Origin: an uncultured Candidatus Saccharibacteria bacterium
GTDB lineage: Bacteria > Patescibacteriota > Minisyncoccia > SW-4-49-11
Length of the DNA stretch: 64,000 nucleotides
Assembly: GCA_964585065.1 (NCBI GenBank)
Contig: CAZPCB010000001.1
Coordinates: forward strand, 80,034-144,033
Direction of reading: 5' to 3'
This document shows positions 59,031-64,000 of the stretch, in pieces. How positions within the stretch are numbered: the first letter of the stretch is position 1; each line of letters opens with the position of its first letter. The notes below the pieces were generated by a model, which ran no database searches, was not told the origin of the DNA, and saw nothing but the letters and a program-made list of their open reading frames with translations. The position numbers and the translations under genes are program-made.

Positions 59031-59348
59031 TTAAGCTTGTCTCAATGAGTTTCTTATACCTTGTATAAATTCAGATAATTCTTTGTTTGAGATTATATCT
59101 TGTATAGTATTTTCTGAATCTAATGCAATTTGTATTATTGATTGATTATTAATCGTGATATATATATATCGTTCTTTTACAAATAATGCCCGTGGATATG
59201 ATATTAAAATAGGAATATAATTGTCTTGTTTATCTACAAAATTAATAATAAAAGATCCATATTGCAATAATTCTTGTGCAATAAACTCATAGCTATCACT
59301 ATGATTATAGGCTTCTCCGTATTGTAATGAGAGATTTGCTGCATTCAT
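59031..59348 (-). CDS. Hypothetical protein (105 aa).
   Basis: ORF in operon context. Confidence 0.3.
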   Translation of the reverse strand: MNAANLSLQYGEAYNHSDSYEFIAQELLQYGSFIINFVDKQDNYIPILISYPRALFVKERYIYITINNQSIIQIALDSENTIQDIISNKELSEFIQGIRNSLRQA

Positions 59349-59351
59349 AGT

Positions 59352-59975
59352 TTAGAATTTACTAATAAGGAAATAATATAGGGCTGGCTGATAGGCCTCA
59401 GCCCAGTCACGAGCCTGAGACTCACCATCACTATCAGCTGGGAAACAATTCCCCATTAAGCGATAAGAATAATCTTGTAAACTTTTGCTATAGGTATATA
59501 AAACAGGTTTTGCAGATTGTTGGAATAATGGTATGGCATAATAAGAGTCCCCCACTTGGATAGTATGAATAAAAGGAGTTTTGATAGCCAGTAAAATCAT
59601 TTTAATAATTCTAGTAGCCATACCAACATCTCGAGTTTTGGTTTTACCCATAAAATAATTCCCATTTTGTACTAATTTCTCTTCTCCAGCAGAATGTGCA
59701 TAACTACGAATATTTGGCTCAATTCTAGAGTCCATATAGGCATAATGATCTAACATTGAGGGCTGAGTATATTCATTCTCTTCATGAGGAGGTAATAATT
59801 CGAATACTTCTGTATGTTTTTTTACTACAGAGGCGGGAATTTGTATCATACCATATGGTTTTACTTTTACATAAGAATCCAAATCTCGCATATATTCAAT
59901 AATATCCCCACGACGTAAATATGTCATTGTATGAATATATTCGAAATCTTGATTGAGTTTATATCTATCCGCCAT
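59352..59975 (-). CDS. Hypothetical protein (207 aa).
   Basis: ORF in operon context. Confidence 0.3.
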   Translation of the reverse strand: MADRYKLNQDFEYIHTMTYLRRGDIIEYMRDLDSYVKVKPYGMIQIPASVVKKHTEVFELLPPHEENEYTQPSMLDHYAYMDSRIEPNIRSYAHSAGEEKLVQNGNYFMGKTKTRDVGMATRIIKMILLAIKTPFIHTIQVGDSYYAIPLFQQSAKPVLYTYSKSLQDYSYRLMGNCFPADSDGESQARDWAEAYQPALYYFLISKF

Positions 59976-59976
59976 A

Positions 59977-60195
59977 TTATGTTAACAAAAATATAATTTG
60001 AGTCAGTACCAGAGATGCCCCAATACTCCATATTCCCATCACAATAAAGGAAAAGCTTCTCAGCTCACCTTTTTCATTGGGTGACATTTGTTGAATAAAT
60101 CCAGTACTCACAAGCACAAACATAGTAGCTATACTACTTGTTATTGCGATTGATATCAGGGATAATGCCCATACTTGTATAAATGCTGTTGCCAT
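59977..60195 (-). CDS. Small 2-TM membrane protein (72 aa), pilin/VirB2-like in size and topology only.
   Basis: Two hydrophobic helices. First gene of the minus-strand cluster. Putative promoters (TTGACA-like boxes) upstream at 60240-60320. Confidence 0.35.
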   Translation of the reverse strand: MATAFIQVWALSLISIAITSSIATMFVLVSTGFIQQMSPNEKGELRSFSFIVMGIWSIGASLVLTQIIFLLT

Positions 60196-60315
60196 AGTCT
60201 CAAAAGCTTATGATTAAGCGTCCTCATGCTATACAGCTTAGAGAACTGTTAATCGTATCATATCTATATTGTTTTGTCAACAACATACTACAAATTAAAT
60301 GTCAAAAGTTGTCAA

Positions 60316-60346
60316 ATAAAAAAGATGCTGTATGGCACAGCATCTG
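60316..60346 (-). terminator. Rho-independent terminator after the 78-aa ORF.
   Basis: Minus strand 'agaugcugugccauacagcaucuuuuuu'. Confidence 0.5.
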
Positions 60347-60361
60347 ATATAAGAAGAGATC

Positions 60362-60598
60362 TCAATGAGTTTGCATAGGAGTATGAGAAGAAAGCAATTT
60401 CTTCAACTCATGGAGAACTGCTCTCCACTCTTTTGGAAACCAGATTACCAGTTCATGGGCGAGTGAGCTCTCAGAGAACTCTTTCCCCACAAAATGGTTT
60501 TCAAGAATTGAGATAAAATCCTCATCCCAGAAAGATTCAACTCGGAAATGCTCAACAAGCAAATCCCTATGAGGAAGAATATACTTGGTGGTGGACAT
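60362..60598 (-). CDS. Hypothetical protein (78 aa).
   Basis: ORF plus terminator. Confidence 0.3.
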   Translation of the reverse strand: MSTTKYILPHRDLLVEHFRVESFWDEDFISILENHFVGKEFSESSLAHELVIWFPKEWRAVLHELKKLLSSHTPMQTH

Positions 60599-60725
60599 AA
60601 AAAGAACAGCTTATATATGGAAATTATATCTACACCTTGTATATTTGTCAATAGCCTACATATACACCTATCATACAAAATAAAAATCGGCCTCCTGAGA
60701 AGCCGATATTGTGTTGAGATGTGTT

Positions 60726-60956
60726 TTAGCCATATTGGGTGTGAAGAGGAGTCAGCAATGAAAGAGAGATAATCTCCTTTTTTATCCAGATGCTTTTTTC
60801 CCCAAAGGACTTCTGTAGCTTATCTCCAAGATCTTCCACACTCATACACAAATCTGCATATTCAATGAGGAGATCCAGGTCTTGAGCATCCAGCCAATCC
60901 AGAAAATAGTCTCTCAGCTTAGATTCCGAAGGGATAGAAATAGAGGGAACAGACAT
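60726..60956 (-). CDS. Hypothetical protein (76 aa).
   Basis: ORF only. Confidence 0.25.
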   Translation of the reverse strand: MSVPSISIPSESKLRDYFLDWLDAQDLDLLIEYADLCMSVEDLGDKLQKSFGEKSIWIKKEIISLSLLTPLHTQYG

Positions 60957-61005
60957 AATAAAAGTACGTAGGACCTCCCTATATTATGTACAAATACCTA
61001 TTTTG

Positions 61006-61926
61006 TCAAGCCTTTTTATACCAAGCTCGATAAATTACAACAAGTAGTGGTGAGGCGATGAATATAGAAGAATAAGCCCCAAAAAAAGTTCCAAGGAATA
61101 AGGCTAAGGCAAAATATTTTACTGATGCTCCTCCAAATAAGAATATAGCTCCCAATACTACCAATAATGATACCGAGGTATTAATGGATCTTGTAAAGGT
61201 TTGATCTATACTTTTACCTACTGTATCTTCAAAATTATCTCCTCCATAGCGCCGAATATTTTCTCGAATTCTATCAAAAACAACAATAGTATCATTAATG
61301 GAAGATCCTAATATTGATAATAAAGCGATCACAAATAATACATCAATTTGTAATATTCCAAGATATGAAAGATAGGCAAAAACCCCTGTTGGTATTGCAA
61401 TATCATGAATAAGAGCAATAATAGCGGTAAGTCCATAATAGCGAGAAGGTACTGGATAAGAAACCCCTCTAAATACATAGGTTATAAAAATAATAATTGC
61501 AATTAATACAATAGCAATAGCAATTAAAGCTCGGTTTTTCAGCTCTGTTCCAATACTAGAACTAATAAGTGAATTAGATTGCTCTTGGATAATATCAGCT
61601 TTTGGAATTTCTTCAGTATCATATTTAAGAATAATAGCCTGCTTTAAAGTATTATATTGTTCATCATTAATTGGTTCTAAGTCAATGCGAAATACTCCAT
61701 TATCTTGTTTTGTCACAACTCTTGACTTTTGACCATTATCAGTAAGAGCCTGTTTTAATTCATCAGATGTTAAATTGGGCTGACTCGTAATTTTCCATTC
61801 CACTGTTCTCCCCCCAATAAAATCAGGCCCTAATCGGAGTCCAAATACTGCAAGACTGGCAAAAGATGCTACAACAAGCACAAGCCCTATTATTAACCAT
61901 ATTTTTGTATGTCGTATAATCCACAT
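61006..61926 (-). CDS. secF: Protein translocase subunit SecF. Start is probably M18 at 61926, abutting the secD stop, rather than 61977.
   Basis: SecF N-terminal TM plus periplasmic domain, and the C-terminal 5-TM bundle 'GILQIDVLFVIALLSILGSSINDTIVVFDRIREN'. Confidence 0.85.
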   Translation of the reverse strand: MWIIRHTKIWLIIGLVLVVASFASLAVFGLRLGPDFIGGRTVEWKITSQPNLTSDELKQALTDNGQKSRVVTKQDNGVFRIDLEPINDEQYNTLKQAIILKYDTEEIPKADIIQEQSNSLISSSIGTELKNRALIAIAIVLIAIIIFITYVFRGVSYPVPSRYYGLTAIIALIHDIAIPTGVFAYLSYLGILQIDVLFVIALLSILGSSINDTIVVFDRIRENIRRYGGDNFEDTVGKSIDQTFTRSINTSVSLLVVLGAIFLFGGASVKYFALALFLGTFFGAYSSIFIASPLLVVIYRAWYKKA

Positions 61927-61928
61927 AA

Positions 61929-63485
61929 TTATTTCTGTAAGGTAATAAAGCGGCCAAATTTTGTTTTTAATAGCCATTCTTGGTATCCAAGTAAAATAAT
62001 TAATAACCTACTCACGGTAATGGCAGTAAAGAGACTCACACCTATTCCAATAGTAAGTGTCACTCCAAATCCCCTTACTACTCCAGAGGCTAAATAAAAC
62101 AGAATAAGAGCTGATATTAAGGTGGATATATGAGAATCTCGAATTGATTCCCAAGCCCGCTTAAATCCTTCTTTTGCACTTGCCTCAAAGTCCCTACCAT
62201 TAGCAAGTTCTTCCTTCATGCGTTCGAATATCAAGATATTACCATCCACCGCAATTCCAATACTTACAATAAATCCGGTGATTCCCGCTATTGTCAAAGT
62301 AAATCCTAATATATTAAATATAGTAAGCACCAATATTGCATATACTCCTAATGCAATTACTGCAATTACTCCTAAACCTCGATAAAAGAGTATCATAAAT
62401 ATAGCGACGAATAATAATCCAAATCCTCCAGCTCGAATACTTTGATATAAAGACTCTGTGCCAAGACTTGCTTGTATAATTTGTTGTGAAGCAATAGTAA
62501 TTGGTACAGGCAAGGCTCCTGAATTCAAATAATCAACTAATTCCTTGGCACCTTGAGCGGTAAAGTCTCCAGATATGGTAGCCTGTCCATTAGGAATTTC
62601 TTGATTAATTCGAGGGGCACTCACAACTTGACCATCTAACACAATATAAAGAGTTTTTCCAATATTATCCCGGGTAAATTCAGCAAATTTCTTCTTCCCC
62701 TCATCATCAAATTTAATACCAACTTGTGGCTGTCCTGTTTGTGGATCAAAAATAACTTGTGCATTATCCAGATTTTGTCCTGTTAATACTGGAGATCCAA
62801 TAAAATCAAGATTTGCTAAATTATCTAGATTTTCAAAATCACCACTTTGTATCTGCTCTATAATTTTTTGCCTTTCCTCTGGGGGTCTTACTTTATCAAA
62901 AAACTCTAAAGTTGGAGTTTGTCCGATTTGCTTGATTGCTTGCTCTGGATCTTTAATACCAGCAAGCTCTACTACTAATCGAACTGTATCCCCTTGCTCT
63001 AAATAAATATGAGGTTCACTAACCCCAAAAGAGTCTACTCTTTGAGTTACAACTTTTTGTAAACTCTCCAAAGCTTGTTGTTGATCAGCCTCCTTTACAT
63101 CACTCAAATCAATATCATATACTACTCTAACTCCTCCCTGTAGGTCTAGTCCTAATATAAAGGTATTATTTGGTAATTGCGGAATATCTCTTTGAGCTAG
63201 CCATTGATCAAATCCTCGAGACTTAAATGGTAAATTTTCCCATTGAGATAACTTGTCTGTACCCCTATTAATCCCATCAATAACCTTATTAATTGGCTGT
63301 GGATAAATATAAAACAATGCAAACAATGTTAATAGAAGAACTCCAATTGATTGTCTTATGACATTTCCTTTTTTCGTTTTCCCTTTAATACAATACCAAA
63401 TAAATCGTCCTATTTTATCAAATGGGTACCAAATTATTTTGAGTATATTTCCTGGTAGTCGTTTCAGCCAATTCAGCATAATCAT
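61929..63485 (-). CDS. secD: Protein translocase subunit SecD.
   Basis: Large periplasmic domain, then 'TLTIAGITGFIVSIGIAVDGNILIFERMKEE' (RND-like TM bundle). Confidence 0.85.
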   Translation of the reverse strand: MIMLNWLKRLPGNILKIIWYPFDKIGRFIWYCIKGKTKKGNVIRQSIGVLLLTLFALFYIYPQPINKVIDGINRGTDKLSQWENLPFKSRGFDQWLAQRDIPQLPNNTFILGLDLQGGVRVVYDIDLSDVKEADQQQALESLQKVVTQRVDSFGVSEPHIYLEQGDTVRLVVELAGIKDPEQAIKQIGQTPTLEFFDKVRPPEERQKIIEQIQSGDFENLDNLANLDFIGSPVLTGQNLDNAQVIFDPQTGQPQVGIKFDDEGKKKFAEFTRDNIGKTLYIVLDGQVVSAPRINQEIPNGQATISGDFTAQGAKELVDYLNSGALPVPITIASQQIIQASLGTESLYQSIRAGGFGLLFVAIFMILFYRGLGVIAVIALGVYAILVLTIFNILGFTLTIAGITGFIVSIGIAVDGNILIFERMKEELANGRDFEASAKEGFKRAWESIRDSHISTLISALILFYLASGVVRGFGVTLTIGIGVSLFTAITVSRLLIILLGYQEWLLKTKFGRFITLQK

Positions 63486-63502
63486 ATGTTTTTGTAGAGG
63501 TT

Positions 63503-63781
63503 TTATGCACCCATACCCATTTCTGAGGCTACTTCTTTTTGTAAATCTTTCTTTGCTGATTCAATTACTTCAATAATAGTCTTTTCTAATTTTGACTTAT
63601 CTTGTAGCAATTCATCACTAATTTTCAACTCTTTAATAGCTTGAGTCCCATCAAGAGTAATAGTAATTCCTTTTTCTTCTTTAGTAATTCTCTTTTTTGC
63701 GAGTTTTTTCTGTAATTTCTGCATTTCTGAGAATTGAGAAAACATTTCTTTTGCTTGATTGAATCCATCGAACATACCCAT
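63503..63781 (-). CDS. ybaB: Nucleoid-associated protein YbaB/EbfC.
   Basis: 'MGMFDGFNQAKEMFSQFSEMQKLQKKLAKKRITKEEKGITITLDGTQAIKELKISDELL' is the canonical YbaB. Confidence 0.8.
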   Translation of the reverse strand: MGMFDGFNQAKEMFSQFSEMQKLQKKLAKKRITKEEKGITITLDGTQAIKELKISDELLQDKSKLEKTIIEVIESAKKDLQKEVASEMGMGA

Positions 63782-63857
63782 ATTGATATCTCTTAAATCT
63801 TATTATAATATTTAGTATATCAGATAATTGAATATTTGAGAATACTATTGTTCCAAT

Positions 63858-64000
63858 AATAATTTTTTATACAAGTCATAGGTTTGACTTGCCATCTTTT
63901 CCCAAGTAAATATTTTTGATCGCTTTAATCCTTTATCTTTATATTCCTTTGAGAATAAAGGATTATGTACAAAAAATGTAATAGCCTTAGTTATAGCTTC
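63858..64000 (-). CDS. C-terminal end of a glycosyltransferase (partial; the gene continues beyond the window).
   Basis: Minus-strand translation '...EAITKAITFFVHNPLFSKEYKDKGLKRSKIFTWEKMASQTYDLYKKLLLEQ*' is a typical GT4 C-terminal tail (FSWEK..a....y). Confidence 0.4.

Noticed and set aside
61909-62097. 62-aa plus-strand ORF and the 49-bp secD/secF overlap.
   Set aside because: The ORF is antisense to secD. The secF/secD overlap disappears if secF starts at Met-18 (61926), 2 nt after the secD stop.

Overview
This 64 kb window is from a very AT-rich (about 30% GC) bacterial chromosome that uses the standard genetic code. TGA and TAA both act as stops, for example TGA at 1003-1005 and 9176-9178, so no UGA recoding. 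Most of the window is a compact housekeeping backbone, largely on the minus strand: truB, hup, rny, a DEAD-box helicase, dus, a translationally coupled ABC-F ATPase and KsgA/Erm-family rRNA methyltransferase, alkD-like, thrS, glyQS, a tRNA-fMet/tRNA-Met/tRNA-Val/rplS/tRNA-Leu cluster, a 12-gene operon (recR-dnaB-argS-rseP-frr-BNR protein-holB-GT4-lysS-map-adk), dnaK preceded by a CIRCE operator, tatD, a class A PBP, a second ATPase/membrane-protein cluster, secDF and ybaB. The gene content (RNase Y, alpha2-type GlyRS, CIRCE, peptidoglycan synthesis) suggests a small, Gram-positive-like or Patescibacteria-like genome, but that is inference. An accessory segment spans about 7.5-16.4 kb. It holds a DUF3800 gene interrupted by an in-frame TAA and flanked by 85-bp direct repeats. 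It also holds a GC-rich, probably horizontally acquired, small acidic ORF with a consensus promoter and terminator. Its main feature is a 1433-aa single-polypeptide fusion of a T5orf172 (GIY-YIG-like) domain, an SF2 helicase and an N6-adenine methyltransferase (NPPY motif). That fusion is translationally coupled to a 335-aa partner and preceded by a mini T5orf172 ORF and a GC-rich structured non-coding stretch with two terminators. I read this as a candidate undescribed Type ISP-like restriction/defence locus, and it is the strongest candidate in the window. Other notable items are a tandem triplet of membrane-anchored cytochrome b5-like proteins with progressive decay, REP-like GC-rich intergenic repeats carrying a Shine-Dalgarno plus start-stop mini-ORF, a partial tRNA 3'-end duplication next to tRNA-Leu, and a tRNA-like fragment near the XerC-like recombinase. 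No CRISPR array, rRNA or recognisable IS element was seen.
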